This document shows positions 33,712 through 45,523 of a stretch of 64,000 nucleotides of DNA, one piece after another (the stretch's first letter is position 1; every line of letters starts with the position of its first letter). Source of the DNA: Picochlorum sp. SENEW3 (lineage: Eukaryota); contig CP120453.1 of assembly GCA_034226945.1 (NCBI GenBank), positions 372,001 to 436,000 on the forward strand. The letters run 5' to 3'. The notes below the pieces were generated by a model, which was not told where the DNA came from, made no database searches, and was given only the letters and a program-made list of their open reading frames with translations. Both the position numbers and the translations under genes were made by a program.

Positions 33712-35109
33712 ATGCCGATAGGACTGACGTATGGTCCTCGATGCCATGTGGCACATTCTTTGAATAGAAGGACATGTCAGCTGTCTGCGATCCAGCAGCG
33801 GAGCAGGCTTTGTCTGGTTGCCTCTGGTTCAGACGATGTCTCGTCCTTGCTTGGGGACATTGGGTTGCCTGACATCGACCAGGATCTGGAAGGGTACCAA
33901 GAGGAGGCTGGAGCTGTCTTTATTGATGGACAGTCCGTCCCAGTGTCATATGGGAACAATAGCAAAGCAATATATTCTGTGGAGGAGGATGGTGTCCTTC
34001 TTGACGCATCCGATTGCCCAAGGATTCGCGTGGCTGGGCCTGATGCGGCGGCATTCCTTCATGGACAGACAAGTGTGAATGTAGAAGGCATCCGTCCAGG
34101 TAACAGCAAGGAGGCATGCATTTTGACGGCTCAGGGGCGTATCATTGATCTGGTCCTTCTTGTTCGAACAGAGTCAGGATTTTTGGTGATTTGCTCGCCT
34201 GGCATGGGGCAGCACATTGCTGATCACTTCAGAAAGCATATTTTCATGAGTGATGATGTCGAGGTGCAGGATGTCTCCGCAGCTACGGCCATGTTTAGGG
34301 TGATGGGCCCCAAGAGCAACGACATCTTGTACACCCTCGAACTCTCAGAGACTGTGCTAGGAGGAGAGTTCGGTACCCATGAAGTTGTTGGCTTCGATGG
34401 AGAGCCTTTAATAGTCATCAAGGGAACCGATCTTGGGTATTCTGGTTACACCCTCATCATCAGCGAGAGTGGTGCAGCTGCTTTGTGGAGCACACTGAGT
34501 GCTTTTGAAATAGAGCCCATGGGCACAGAGGCGTGGAATATTGCCAGAATACTGTCTGGAAGACCAAAGGTTCCGTCAGAGCTGAACGACTCGTACACCC
34601 CTTTCGACTGTGGCCTGTATCACACAGTCTGTCTGAACAAAGGATGTTATGTTGGCCAAGAGGCACTTGCCAAGATATACAACTTGGATGCTGGGAAGTG
34701 GGAGATGTGGGGCCTTGCTGTAGAAAAACCGTGCGCTGCAGGAGACGAGATTTTTGTGGTCACCTCGGAAGGTCATGCGAAGGCGGGAAAGGTGTCCTCA
34801 TATGTGGATACCGTTGCTGGGGAACACAGGGCCTTGTGCTTCCTGGACAGAAAATTGTTGGGCAAAGAGCATATGCCCTCCACCTGGAATGGAACAGTTG
34901 TCAACGTGGGCGAAGATATGGTCCAAGCCTACGTGAAAAGTGTCCCATATCCCACCCGTGCATTGAATGACTGTGATAGGCCCAAGAAGTCTGTGGACGC
35001 CAAGCTTGCACAAGGGAAGGTGGCGCATCAAGACGAGAAAAGCAGAGATGACAAACTGAGACAGATGCAGGAGCGCCTGGATGCATGGAAATCTTCACAG
35101 AATAATTGA
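33712..35109 (+). CDS. YgfZ/IBA57-family folate-dependent Fe-S assembly protein (plastid-type)
   Basis: GPDAAAFLHGQ, LTAQGRIID and the signature KGCYVGQE. Confidence 0.92.
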   Translation: MPIGLTYGPRCHVAHSLNRRTCQLSAIQQRSRLCLVASGSDDVSSLLGDIGLPDIDQDLEGYQEEAGAVFIDGQSVPVSYGNNSKAIYSVEEDGVLLDASDCPRIRVAGPDAAAFLHGQTSVNVEGIRPGNSKEACILTAQGRIIDLVLLVRTESGFLVICSPGMGQHIADHFRKHIFMSDDVEVQDVSAATAMFRVMGPKSNDILYTLELSETVLGGEFGTHEVVGFDGEPLIVIKGTDLGYSGYTLIISESGAAALWSTLSAFEIEPMGTEAWNIARILSGRPKVPSELNDSYTPFDCGLYHTVCLNKGCYVGQEALAKIYNLDAGKWEMWGLAVEKPCAAGDEIFVVTSEGHAKAGKVSSYVDTVAGEHRALCFLDRKLLGKEHMPSTWNGTVVNVGEDMVQAYVKSVPYPTRALNDCDRPKKSVDAKLAQGKVAHQDEKSRDDKLRQMQERLDAWKSSQNN

Positions 35110-35227
35110 TTTAATATTTATTGTTAATGTATCGTTGCCCTGAGATAAGCGCAAGCCGGGAGAGCGTTCGAAATACCATTTCTAGAGGACCGTCCATCTG
35201 CGGAAGGGATTGTCGTCGAGGTGGAGC

Positions 35228-35830
35228 ATGGCTGCGAGGAGAGGATTAATAGATGCTGTTAAAAGGCTAGGTTCTTCTCTGCGATGCGTGGAGGCATGCA
35301 GCACGCAGAGTCTGTGCGCAGCCTCGTCAGTGGAACTTTTGAGACGTGATAGCGCCAGTTTGGCATCCCGCGTTGGGGAAATTTCGAATAGAAATATGAC
35401 AACTAGTACTTTGTCCGATAGCAAAGAGGTCTCTAGCGTCCCCAACCCATTTAGCTTGCTGGACAAAAGAGTACCCGGTCCTTTCACAGTAGAACCTGTG
35501 CAAGTGTTTGCCGTGATTGAAATATCTGGTACACAGTACAAAGTCACCCCTGATGACCTGATTGTGACGGAAAAGTTGAGCGGAGTCGACATCAATGACA
35601 CCATAACGTTGAACAGAGTCCTGCTGCTTGGTTCTTCGTCAGAGACTGTGATAGGGAGGCCATTCATCCCAGAGGCAACTGTGACTGCCGCGGTTGAGGA
35701 GCAGTTTTTAGACGGAAAAGTCATCGTGTTCAAGAAAAGGAGAAGAAAAAATTCTCGGCGAACAAATGGTCATAGACAGCCTTTGACATCCCTCCGAATT
35801 CTGTCAATAGAATGGCCAAGCCATGAATAA
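35228..35830 (+). CDS. Organellar (probably mitochondrial) ribosomal protein bL21
   Basis: FAVIEISGTQYKV, IGRPFI, KVIVFKKRRRKNSRRTNGHRQPLT. Confidence 0.92.
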   Translation: MAARRGLIDAVKRLGSSLRCVEACSTQSLCAASSVELLRRDSASLASRVGEISNRNMTTSTLSDSKEVSSVPNPFSLLDKRVPGPFTVEPVQVFAVIEISGTQYKVTPDDLIVTEKLSGVDINDTITLNRVLLLGSSSETVIGRPFIPEATVTAAVEEQFLDGKVIVFKKRRRKNSRRTNGHRQPLTSLRILSIEWPSHE

Positions 35831-35844
35831 AATTTAAAATTCAT

Positions 35845-37293
35845 TTACAATTGAACAATCCTCGTATCTTTCGTATTTAGCATTGTCATTTTTGTTTTCC
35901 ATCCCAGTTGGGTGACTTGGGTCTCAAAAGTTTTGAAAATGTCATCACCGTGCTTTGACACAAAGGACATGATGGCATCAGGGGCAGTTTCTTTGCACCT
36001 CATCTGTTTTCTCGTCTCTGTGAAATCCTTCCGAACGCGCGATCGTTGAGGAAGGTGCAAATCTCCCCCTTTGAGAATGTGAAGGAACAGCTGAGCAGCA
36101 AAGGTGCCCCTGAAACTTGTTTCTGATGTGGCCTTCTTTCTGAGCATCACGTAGGCCTTCTTTGTATCGGATCTGTAATTCAAGACGTAGTCTGTTTTGG
36201 AGAATTTCAAACTGGCTTTCTCCAAGCATCTTGGTGATTCGCACGCCTCCTTAACTGTCGCTCCCAGGACGACCCTGCTGTAAGATGGGTCACTCCACGG
36301 CAGCAGTGGTTCGTTGGTGTTGCCGTCCTCTATCCCAGGTGGGGTCCCGGTCTCGAAAAATTTGCGAGTCGCATAGGACAAGCGAGCACGATTGAAATAG
36401 GGAAGTTCGACCGAGTCCACCTCTTTCCGAGAGGCAATCAAGTATCCAACAGACAGGCTCAAAAATGTTGGCACAGTAGGAAACTTTGCCTTTGCCAAAA
36501 TGATGCCGAACGCCGTCCCAAAAACATCTGCCAGGTTCGCCACACTCTCTCCTTTTGCAGTAACATCGGCCATATTGTTGGCCTTGGCGAATGTCCGATA
36601 AATAGGCGCTCTCGTCGATGAAGCAGCAACAGCAGCCAGATTCTTGGCCAAATTGGCAGTACAGGCAAGTGGCAAAAACAGCTTTGGAGACAGGGCTGTC
36701 ACAAGCTCCAGTGAAGCTCCCGTTTCCATGAGTACGTCACCAGCCAATCTAAATTGTTTCAATTCGCAGTCCAAACTGCGGCCCCATCGCGCAAACAAAA
36801 AGCGGCCCATCCTGCCTGCGCCATCCTTCACAACCCAGTTGATCGCAGCTGCAGCCTCCCCAGAGTTCTTATTTGCCACCCCAAGGGATTTCAGCAAGGA
36901 CCTCGTGGTCAGAACAGATAGAGCGCCCCCAAAGAAGTATTGTATCCCTCGCCACATCATGTACTTTTGGTATTGGGGTGCAACAGATTCTGGATACCCC
37001 TGGGGTAGCAAATAATCAGCTATCACATTATCTAATCTTCGCTTATGCGTCATCTCATCCTCCTCTATCACGAATGAATCCCTACTCCGTCCTTCTCGAT
37101 ACACTCTCTTCGACCCGTCTCTGCTAGTTTCCACGCAAACCACCCGTTTTTCCCCGTCTTCCTCTTGGAGCAAGCCAATGCTCACACTCAAGAAGGGCCG
37201 TCTCACACGGATTTCCTTTCTCCTCCGACCACCAATCACATTGTCTTCAGTACCATTTTTCCGGTCCAGGAATGACGCCTTTGCCCGCATCAT
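35845..37293 (-). CDS. RUS (ROOT UVB SENSITIVE, DUF647) family protein
   Basis: LLPQGYPESV, AAAINWVVKDGAGRMG, NMADVTAKGES, FNRARL. Confidence 0.9.
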   Translation of the reverse strand: MMRAKASFLDRKNGTEDNVIGGRRRKEIRVRRPFLSVSIGLLQEEDGEKRVVCVETSRDGSKRVYREGRSRDSFVIEEDEMTHKRRLDNVIADYLLPQGYPESVAPQYQKYMMWRGIQYFFGGALSVLTTRSLLKSLGVANKNSGEAAAAINWVVKDGAGRMGRFLFARWGRSLDCELKQFRLAGDVLMETGASLELVTALSPKLFLPLACTANLAKNLAAVAASSTRAPIYRTFAKANNMADVTAKGESVANLADVFGTAFGIILAKAKFPTVPTFLSLSVGYLIASRKEVDSVELPYFNRARLSYATRKFFETGTPPGIEDGNTNEPLLPWSDPSYSRVVLGATVKEACESPRCLEKASLKFSKTDYVLNYRSDTKKAYVMLRKKATSETSFRGTFAAQLFLHILKGGDLHLPQRSRVRKDFTETRKQMRCKETAPDAIMSFVSKHGDDIFKTFETQVTQLGWKTKMTMLNTKDTRIVQL

Positions 37294-37631
37294 CGTGACT
37301 TTTTCTTCTGCGTCTTCCTGCCTCCTTGGTCATGCACCACTTTCACTACAAAGCATACCGATTTCCTTGCCACATGCATTAAGTTTATCATACAAATAGA
37401 TGCATGTGTAAGTCGTTGTCAATAAGCAGAATAAATCGGTGCGATCAATCTCCAATGACCAGCGAGCTCGGTGGTCAGCCTTCATGTAGGCTTCATTGAT
37501 ATTGAACAGAGTCCTTCGGCCTACGCATATTGTAAAACACTGGCAAAAGATAACTTGATTACCCGATGAATTGAAAGTAGGAGTATGAGGAATGTACCCG
37601 TGTTGAGTGTTTCCGAGAACTCGACGTCGGA

Positions 37632-38528
37632 ATGAATCTTAAACTGCGTGCTGGACGAGTAAACAAAGAGCCCATCACCAATGGGGAGAACGGCGAAGAC
37701 AAGGGTTCTAAGTTGGTTCCTGACCCAGCAAAAGGGCTGTTATGGGTCTGGTCGGATGGCCTGTCAAACGTTCACTTTTGTTTCTTCTCACGAGAAGAAT
37801 CCACAAACGGGGAGGGGCACGATCTGGCTGAGGACGAATTGAACGAGTCCAAGGCCTTGTGGAAGACAAAAGTGCTTCCCGCGGGTGGAACGTTCGAGGA
37901 GACCTCCCCTGGGTCTCGAGTCTTTGTTTTGAAAACATATTGTCTGGAGAAGATTGAAGAGGAGGCCTATTTCTTCTGGTCGCAGGAACCGAATCCTGAG
38001 AAGGATCAGGAGGCTATTGTTGCAATACGTAAGGCTATTAATCGGTTTGCTGAGGACAAGGAGGAGTCTGACAAGGATGTGATGGAGTCAAAGCCCATGC
38101 ACATTGGAAGGATCCACCTGAAGACTGTCCTTGATAATATCATGACGGGCTGTGGCGGCGAGATACAAGCCCGAGTGAGGGCTGGTTTTCCAGACCAATG
38201 GATTGAGCCAAACCGGACTTTATTCAAGGCTTTGTCGGCTTCCAGGATCAGGATGCTTGTGCAGAGCCCAAGTATTGCAAGCGAGTTGGCACCCCATCTC
38301 CCAGAGGAATTGAGGGATCCGGATCAAATTGTCAAAATGGCATCAAGCCCACAGTTCAAACATCAGGTGGGCATAATCAGCGATGCGCTTAGTCACGGTG
38401 TTCTGAATTCGACACATTTTGGTCTGAGAAATAAACAGTTTGGAATCAAGGGGTTTCTCTGTGCAATTCTTGCAGAATTGGAAACAGAAAGGAGGGAAAA
38501 GAGGGAAAAAAAACAGCGAAAGGAATGA
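37632..38528 (+). CDS. RPN13: Proteasome ubiquitin receptor Rpn13/ADRM1-like protein
   Basis: Pru motifs LRAGR, VPDPAKG, VHFCF, RVFVLK, FFWSQEP; C-terminal SSPQFKHQV (DEUBAD-like). Confidence 0.8.
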   Translation: MNLKLRAGRVNKEPITNGENGEDKGSKLVPDPAKGLLWVWSDGLSNVHFCFFSREESTNGEGHDLAEDELNESKALWKTKVLPAGGTFEETSPGSRVFVLKTYCLEKIEEEAYFFWSQEPNPEKDQEAIVAIRKAINRFAEDKEESDKDVMESKPMHIGRIHLKTVLDNIMTGCGGEIQARVRAGFPDQWIEPNRTLFKALSASRIRMLVQSPSIASELAPHLPEELRDPDQIVKMASSPQFKHQVGIISDALSHGVLNSTHFGLRNKQFGIKGFLCAILAELETERREKREKKQRKE

Positions 38529-38530
38529 TT

Positions 38531-39628
38531 TTATTCATTATTAGTACCAGGCGAGGCATCATTGGCGCACGGGTACAATGCTCTCCATCCTTGCGCAAGA
38601 GAGACAACCTTTCCAATGATGATGAGGGTTGGCGATTTCAGCTCGGCATCCTCGACTCTCGTGTGTAAATTTTCTAATGGCGCCCAAACCGCACGCTGAT
38701 CTGGCGTCGTGCCCTTTTCTACAGCCACAGCTGGCATGTCTCGTGGCAGACCTCCTTGCGTCAAGGTGCTGACAGTCTGTTCCAGAGTGCCCAGTCCCAT
38801 ATAAATCACAAGGGTCGTGTACAGGTCAAACGCCGTAGCCATGGCTGCGTCTATATCACTTTGTCCCCCTTCTCGCGCATGCCCGGTCATAAATCTGACA
38901 GATGTCGCCAGGCCCCTATGGGTGAGTGGAATACCAAGGTCTGCTGCGATGCCTGCTGCTGCTGTGATGCCTGGCACAGAATGAGCCTCCACTCCCTGCT
39001 CGGCAAGGTGGCCAATCTCCTCACCCCCACGTCCAAATATGTAAGGGTCTCCTCCCTTCAATCGCACAACTGTGGCGCCCTGCCCCAGCTCGGCTGCAAA
39101 CATCCTCATCAGTTCTTGAATTTCCTCCTGAGACCTGGTGTGGTAGCTCTGTTGCTTTCCTACATACACCATGAACGCTTCAGGATTGACCATATTCAGA
39201 ATCTCCTTGGACACTAATCGATCATACAGGACAACATCAGCCTGGCTCAGCAATCGAACGGATTTCAGGGTCAGCAACTCAGGATCTCCGGGTCCTGTAC
39301 CCACCAGGTACACAGTGCCGCCCACATCCTTCTTCGAGCTCTTCGACGACGCATATTTATTATTCGATCGAATCTGCTCGATCAGCTCCTCCATGGACTT
39401 GCCATCTTCCTCGTACCAACCGGAAGACTGCTGCTGCTGCTGCATGACACTGTCATGACACACCGTGCGCCGACTCCGACCATGCCAATACGCATCCCTG
39501 TCTGAAAATGTGTTAGGAGCGATTGCTCGAGGGGATGTCAGAGCCCCCCAGAACCGTCGATAACTTCGAGGGTTGTGAGTGGAAGCAAAAGAACTAGACT
39601 CTACACGCGAATAGCTCATCAATGACAA
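38531..39628 (-). CDS. UPM1: Uroporphyrinogen-III C-methyltransferase (siroheme pathway)
   Basis: VYLVGTGPGDPELLT, VVRLKGGDPYIFGRGGEE, VPGITAA, GIPLTHRG. Confidence 0.95.
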   Translation of the reverse strand: MSLMSYSRVESSSFASTHNPRSYRRFWGALTSPRAIAPNTFSDRDAYWHGRSRRTVCHDSVMQQQQQSSGWYEEDGKSMEELIEQIRSNNKYASSKSSKKDVGGTVYLVGTGPGDPELLTLKSVRLLSQADVVLYDRLVSKEILNMVNPEAFMVYVGKQQSYHTRSQEEIQELMRMFAAELGQGATVVRLKGGDPYIFGRGGEEIGHLAEQGVEAHSVPGITAAAGIAADLGIPLTHRGLATSVRFMTGHAREGGQSDIDAAMATAFDLYTTLVIYMGLGTLEQTVSTLTQGGLPRDMPAVAVEKGTTPDQRAVWAPLENLHTRVEDAELKSPTLIIIGKVVSLAQGWRALYPCANDASPGTNNE

Positions 39629-39876
39629 TGTAATGTTCCGAATTTAGATAAAAAATGTGCAAGGAAAGCATGGAAAGAGCAAACAAATTTGTTCCTCATT
39701 CGAAGGATGACCTTGAACTTCGGAAGTGTTCAAGTTGAATGGGCCATTTCATCAAAGTGGTCATCTTCACGGCGTATCGATAGCATGATGGATATCGTAA
39801 ATGAATATATAGCACATTTTGATGATGAATAGGTCGCCCATGGTCCTGGGTAGTCAATAAATAAAAACTGCATGTC

Positions 39877-41629
39877 ATGCACTCACCGTGTTCCTCGAGG
39901 CCCAGCTCGCTGGGCTCGGGCAAAGTCTCCTGCATAAAACAGAATAGATATCGTTGTAATAATAGTATTGCTTCCATCGGACGACAAAGACCGTGCGATT
40001 TGGAGAATAGGTCTTTAGGGTCCAGGGAGGCATATGGAAGGAGGAGGACATTGTTCGTATTGGCCCAGTCCACGCACGAGCATGTCGATGCTAGTTACGA
40101 ATATAGCATGTACGTGTTTTGAATGTATATAGGATCAAGAAGATTGGTATAGGATGGCGAGCATGTGGTCATATTTGTGCAGGTGGATGGACAGGATCCG
40201 TTCACTCAAATCCCTTTCAGTCAGGTCTGTCGCACTGGAGCAGCTGTTGCGGGTGGATGAAGAAGGAGCTTACGCCGGGCTTGTGAGCGGGTCTCCAGAG
40301 GTCCAAGGCCAGCAAAGAGTGGACGTTCTTGATGAAGAAACGTCACCATCTCAAAAGGTGGGCCTCAGATCCCTGGATCAACGGGAGAGGAGGCAAGTCA
40401 CAGAAATAGTTTCTGGTGTGATTCGATGGCAGAGGCGATTGCATTGGATTCTCAAAAATCTTCCCAAACCTACCAAATTGGAGAGCATGGATTCTCCCCT
40501 GAGGATTTTGCTGTACATGGGAACATATGAGCTACTAGAACTGAACATGGCTTCGCATGCTATCAACGACTATGTTAACATTGCCAAGGGGGTCATGCAT
40601 GAGGGGTGTGGAAAAGTTGCTAATGGTGTGCTGCGCTCTGTTGTGAGGGCGAAAGAAGGGTCCAATGTGCCATGCCCCCCACCGCCAAGAAAGGGGATGA
40701 CCAAGGTGCAAGTTGCACATGCATTGGGTATCATGTACTCACATCCTACTTGGATGATATGTGGATGGATAGAGCAGTACGGACCCCAAGATACCGTAGC
40801 TCTGCTCAAATGCAACAACAAGAGGCCGAGGTTCAGTCTGAGAATACAACATCCTGAATTGCTCTCTGGCTTAGAAGCCACCTTCCGACCGTCGCAATTC
40901 CTTCCTCACGAATTTATTGTGGTAGAGTCTGGACTGCAAAATATCATTAAGTCAGGCATGTTGGCTGAGGGCAATGCCCAAGTGCAAGATGAGGCTGCAG
41001 GTATGGTGGTTGCAATGCTGCATCCAGAGGAAGGAGACGCTGTCCTTGATTGCTGCTCTGCACCGGGAGGGAAAACTCTATTTTCTGCAGCGAGAATGAA
41101 TAGTAAGGGATCCATCATTGCGTTGGACTCCGTAGAATCCAGGCTCGGCGCAGTAAGGAATGCCGCTGCCAAGCAGGGGTTTGATTCAATTGTTCAGTGT
41201 ATTGCCTCAGATGCTCGTCAATTCTGCGAAAATTCTGCGTTATCAGGAGATCGTTTTGATAAAGTACTGGTAGATGCACCATGTAGTGGTACCGGTGTGT
41301 TATCCAAACGCGCAGATCTGCGGTGGAGGAGGAAGGAGGAGGATGTGAGAACACTTGTTACCCTCCAGCTGGACTTGCTGCATGCTGCATCCAAGGTTGT
41401 CAGACCAGGAGGATACCTCGTATATTCTACCTGTAGCATTGAGAACGTAGAGAACATAAAGGTAGCAAATGCATTCTTGCAAAAGCACGAAGATTTTGAA
41501 CTGGTTCATGGGTCCACTGTACCAGGCATTCCACAAGAGTGCCTGGATGAGCATGGTTGTTTACAAATGCTGCCACATCGTCACGGTACGGACGGGGCCT
41601 TTGCAGCTAAATTTAGAAAGAAAATGTAA
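39877..41629 (+). CDS. RsmB/Sun-family rRNA m5C methyltransferase with NusB domain; exons 39877-40109 and 40183-41629
   Basis: NGVLR, YSHPTW, QVQDE, LDCCSAPGGKT, LVDAPCSGTG, YSTCS, DGAFAA. Confidence 0.92.
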
Positions 41630-41641
41630 TTCTCCGCCATT

Positions 41642-42279
41642 CTATAGAGTAGGTGTCTTCCACAATCCATCATTCAAGTAGTGCAGATTCTCCACACCAA
41701 TCCCTTTGTTCACCTCCGCCATCTCATCAGTGGACATGATCGTGTACCCTATGGCCATGGCATGCTCTTTATCTTCCGCAAGAATAGCTACTGGGGTTCC
41801 TTTGTCGACAGGATCATGGATGGTGGCACCTGGAGATGTCAATCCAGGGCACATGATGTTGGCTCCTGACAGCACAAACTTGATGGCCCCCTTGTCCGTC
41901 CGCAATTTGGGCATCATATCTGGATACTTATGAAGCAGTCTCAGAGTAGGAAACCAGCCTCCGTCCCTTGTGCTAAAGAACAATGGCTCGTTGCAGTGCA
42001 CCAACAACTGCACGTGCTCTGGTAACTTGATCAGAGTCAAATCCGACTTCTTCGGCAAGAGAATCTCCAAAACACCATTATCCACGAGCCATGGATACTG
42101 TTCCGCTATTTGACCTGCATCATGACCAACCAAACGCCCTTGACACTCAGCACCCCTGCATGTCATGACTGTTGTACTCAAAAGCACTACGCACCGCGTA
42201 TGGATCGCTGTACTGAACTCTTAAGCTGGCTATGTCCAGAGAATTTATCCTTGCCAAAACTTTTGAACAACTGGGACAT
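41642..42279 (-). CDS. MCTS1: MCTS1/Tma20 PUA-domain translation reinitiation factor; exons 42279-42195 and 42114-41642
   Basis: LKSSVQRSIR, PTLRLLHKYP, DKGAIKFVLSGANIMCPGLTS, HYLNDGLW. Confidence 0.93.
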
Positions 42280-42545
42280 CCTGCGTGTCCGGTGGAGGGA
42301 ATCAAACAAAGCAGTGAACGAGTACCTCGGCCGTCTATCCCTTCTCTCTCTGGAATCTTGATCCGTGATATATGTTATGGCATGTGTGCGTGGTGATCTC
42401 AACGGAAGGGCCTCCGTTGCCAATCACTCGGAGACTGAATGGGAACTTTGAACCAAATGTGTTCAAATAAGCACAAATCTCTGCCTGCTTAGATTTGTGC
42501 TGGAATCCACGCGCTGCCAAGCAGATGGAAATACAATAAGAAAAG

Positions 42546-43001
42546 ATGAGTATGAATCTGAAGCAGATTAGTCGCATCATGGTGCAGTTTTCTCCTTGGA
42601 CGCAGAAGAACTCGTCCTCTGCTAGGGAGTTTTTTAGCCGAATTATTTGCCAGCAGTCGACAAATCCAGACTGTAAAATTGAGCGGAAGATATTGTGAGT
42701 TTTGTTTACGCCGTTTGTAATGCGCACTGTTGGTGATTGACTCGCGAGTGTGTGTCGCAGACTCAAGGGAGACCCAAAGGTTGAGATTGAATATGACAAC
42801 AAAGAAGTGACCAAGCTAGAGACAAGTGAGATGACTGTCGATGATATAGTTAATATAGTGAAAAATAGAGCTGACGAAATGGAAATGAATGCGCAACTGA
42901 AGGCAGCTGGGCTTTCAGGATATACATTTACGTCGACATGGAAGAGGGACACAAAGGGGAAAGATTTCGTCGGATCAGCGCACAAAATCCCACGGCAGTG
43001 A
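42546..43001 (+). CDS. Mitochondrial ribosomal protein mL53-like; exons 42546-42694 and 42761-43001
   Basis: VQFSPW...SAREFLARI...NPDCKI...PKVEIEY...MTVDDIV. In-frame intron 42695-42760. Confidence 0.75.
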
Positions 43002-43036
43002 TGATCGTACGTTAATATTCATATTTATATTTGTAA

Positions 43037-44092
43037 CTACGCTATTGCAAAGGGGGTGTTGATGCCCCATCCAGACAGGAGGACACCAAGCCCAATGAGG
43101 ATTGCCATGGCACTGGCAGCCCCAGAAAGGTTGGTTGTGAGCTTGGTACTGGTCTTCTTTATTGCCTGTGATGTTGCTCCTATCACTCCTGCATATGCTC
43201 CCATGGCTGCTACGGTTCCTAAAACAAACATGAGAATATAGGCTATGGCTGCTAGTTTTGTTGGCAGTGCAAGGGCAGGGATGATGACAAATAACGCATC
43301 TGGTTGAAGCCCATAAATAATGCCTGTCGCAAATGTCGCTAGTCCAAAGCCCTTGTTCTTCTTGCCATCATCTGCGAGCTCATTCTCGTGCGCATGGTCA
43401 TGCTCTCCCTCAAAGAAGGACTCGTAAACGCCCAGGACACCAATGGCAAGCAGGGTCAATCCAACCGTCGTGCCGCCCCATTTGGAGAGAGCTGGTACCA
43501 ATTGCTGGAATCTATCTTTGAGAACCACCATGAGCAGTCCCAACATGAGCTGGCCTGTTGAATGGCCAAACCCCCACAAGGCTCCCAGCATGGATGCCCG
43601 CAGGTGTGACTGGCCAATTGTCAATGGGGTCAATGCAGCCAAATGATCAGCCCCTGCAAGCGTGTGTAAGCATCCTGCAGCCAAACCAGCCCACGCACTT
43701 CTGAATGCCGCCGCCATCGCATCAGCAGAGACCGCTGGCAGGGCTATGGAAAGAGACGCAAACATGGAAGGTCCATGTGCTGGGCTCCCAATCCCTGCAA
43801 ACGCGCTCACCGCCATCACGCCTAATAGAACTGTCTTTGTCAATCTAACAAGCCTGAGAGACGTAGGCATGGGGTCGCAATCGTGGGCACTAGAAGCTGC
43901 AACTACAGGCTGGCTGACCTGCCTGGCCACTCCACGAGCAACATGAATCCTTGTGTGGCTACATTGAAGATGAAATGGCAGAATCGAGTCCCTTTTCTTG
44001 CCATCTACTACTGGTCTGCTAGACACCGGCCACACCGCCACGGCTGCCACCCTTGGTGACCTTGCCGCCATCCGGGCCGAGATACCATTCAT
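43037..44092 (-). CDS. Plastid NiCoT/UreH-like membrane protein (CGF-like)
   Basis: Transit-like N-terminus, GCLHTLAGADHLAAL, GALWGFGHS, His-rich loop EHDHAHE, GLQPDAL. Confidence 0.85.
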   Translation of the reverse strand: MNGISARMAARSPRVAAVAVWPVSSRPVVDGKKRDSILPFHLQCSHTRIHVARGVARQVSQPVVAASSAHDCDPMPTSLRLVRLTKTVLLGVMAVSAFAGIGSPAHGPSMFASLSIALPAVSADAMAAAFRSAWAGLAAGCLHTLAGADHLAALTPLTIGQSHLRASMLGALWGFGHSTGQLMLGLLMVVLKDRFQQLVPALSKWGGTTVGLTLLAIGVLGVYESFFEGEHDHAHENELADDGKKNKGFGLATFATGIIYGLQPDALFVIIPALALPTKLAAIAYILMFVLGTVAAMGAYAGVIGATSQAIKKTSTKLTTNLSGAASAMAILIGLGVLLSGWGINTPFAIA

Positions 44093-44428
44093 TCTCGGTA
44101 TCGTTGTGTAATTTATATATGTGAACTAAAACTATCCCCAATCAGAGTATGATTCGGCAAATGGACTTGCTCTTTGACACCTGCACTTCTATCTCTTTTT
44201 CGGGCGTTCTACAGAATGTCCGAGCGATTGATGGTCAATGTAATCAATTCTGGACCTAATTCATTCAGAAATCAATGAAGGATTCGGCAGGTACAGGGTA
44301 TCCGAATACATTGATTTTCATCGCCAGATGGGGTCTCCTGTCCTGCCAGCTAGCTGGTCGTCAATCAGGCAACTTGTACGAGTACCAATGGCGCGGTAGG
44401 CCATTAATTTGTGCAAATAAAAAGAATA

Positions 44429-45523
44429 ATGAATTCTCAACAGCAGAAACGGCTTGAACAGGGCAGGAAAGTTCCTGATTTCCCCATTACAATCCGTGTT
44501 GACGACAACCCTCTTCGAAAGAAGGATTCTCGCTTCTTGTGCAATGTTCGGTTCAAGAATGATCTACCAGAAATTCCTAGTGATCCTAAAATGCTCTTGC
44601 CGCAGCTGGATTTGACCGAAGTAGGCGCTTTTAAGTTATTTGGAATCGAAAGGCACGTGCGTAGAGATGTCAAATTTCCTGCGGATATGAACCTTCCGCT
44701 GAGCTCTTTATACATAGAGCAATATGATGTGTACTCAGGGGATAAGTTACACGCCAACGACGCGGCTTTGCTGGATGAGACAGGTGATGCCGTGGTGGGC
44801 TCAGAGGGTGCCTCTGCTGGGCGGAAACGAAAAAATATTCCGAATGCGTCCTGGCTGATGCGAACAAAGTATATCAGTAATGAGTCTGGGGCTGTGGGGC
44901 TTAGAAAGCAGAATGGATCCGCTGCATCTGCCGAGTTTGAGCACACACTGGAGGACCAGGTTGCACATATCGAGGAGTCTTTTGATGCGATGAAATCCAA
45001 GCCAGTGCATCCAAAGAACCCAAGTTTAGTTGCTGTTGATATGCAGCCAGTGTTACCGGATGATGAAATTAGCGACTGGCCATTGGTTCTGGTAAACTTT
45101 GATAGCGACCCGATAGCGGCAATGGCTCTCCAGGATGCAGATGCAATGGCTGCGAAGAGGAAGTTTGCGCAAAGTATGCATTTGAAGACTCTCGTGAAGC
45201 AGGATGATGATGGAAATGGGGAGAAGTTTAATGTGCTGATGGCGCCTAGGGAACTAGATGGTTTAGAACCAATAGCAGATGACCAAAACGTTCCAGGGTC
45301 CATGCTGCAAGGGGATTATGACTGGATGAGAACGTACGCGTCCAATGTCCGAATAGATGACAAGGCTCAGACGTTTCTGTTTAGAATCAAGGGTGATCAC
45401 ATAGGGTATTCTGATCTTAGCACCAAATTGTTTTTAAGGAAGAGGAAGAAGACTGTCTCAAAGGACGAAAAGGACGATATTGAGAGTCTGAAGCCAGAAA
45501 AATTCGTCTTGAGCAGTTCATGA
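44429..45523 (+). CDS. PAF1: RNA polymerase II-associated factor Paf1
   Basis: FLCNVRFKNDLP, SWLMRTKYISNE, QVAHIEESF, HPKNPSL...PVLPD. Confidence 0.88.
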   Translation: MNSQQQKRLEQGRKVPDFPITIRVDDNPLRKKDSRFLCNVRFKNDLPEIPSDPKMLLPQLDLTEVGAFKLFGIERHVRRDVKFPADMNLPLSSLYIEQYDVYSGDKLHANDAALLDETGDAVVGSEGASAGRKRKNIPNASWLMRTKYISNESGAVGLRKQNGSAASAEFEHTLEDQVAHIEESFDAMKSKPVHPKNPSLVAVDMQPVLPDDEISDWPLVLVNFDSDPIAAMALQDADAMAAKRKFAQSMHLKTLVKQDDDGNGEKFNVLMAPRELDGLEPIADDQNVPGSMLQGDYDWMRTYASNVRIDDKAQTFLFRIKGDHIGYSDLSTKLFLRKRKKTVSKDEKDDIESLKPEKFVLSSS

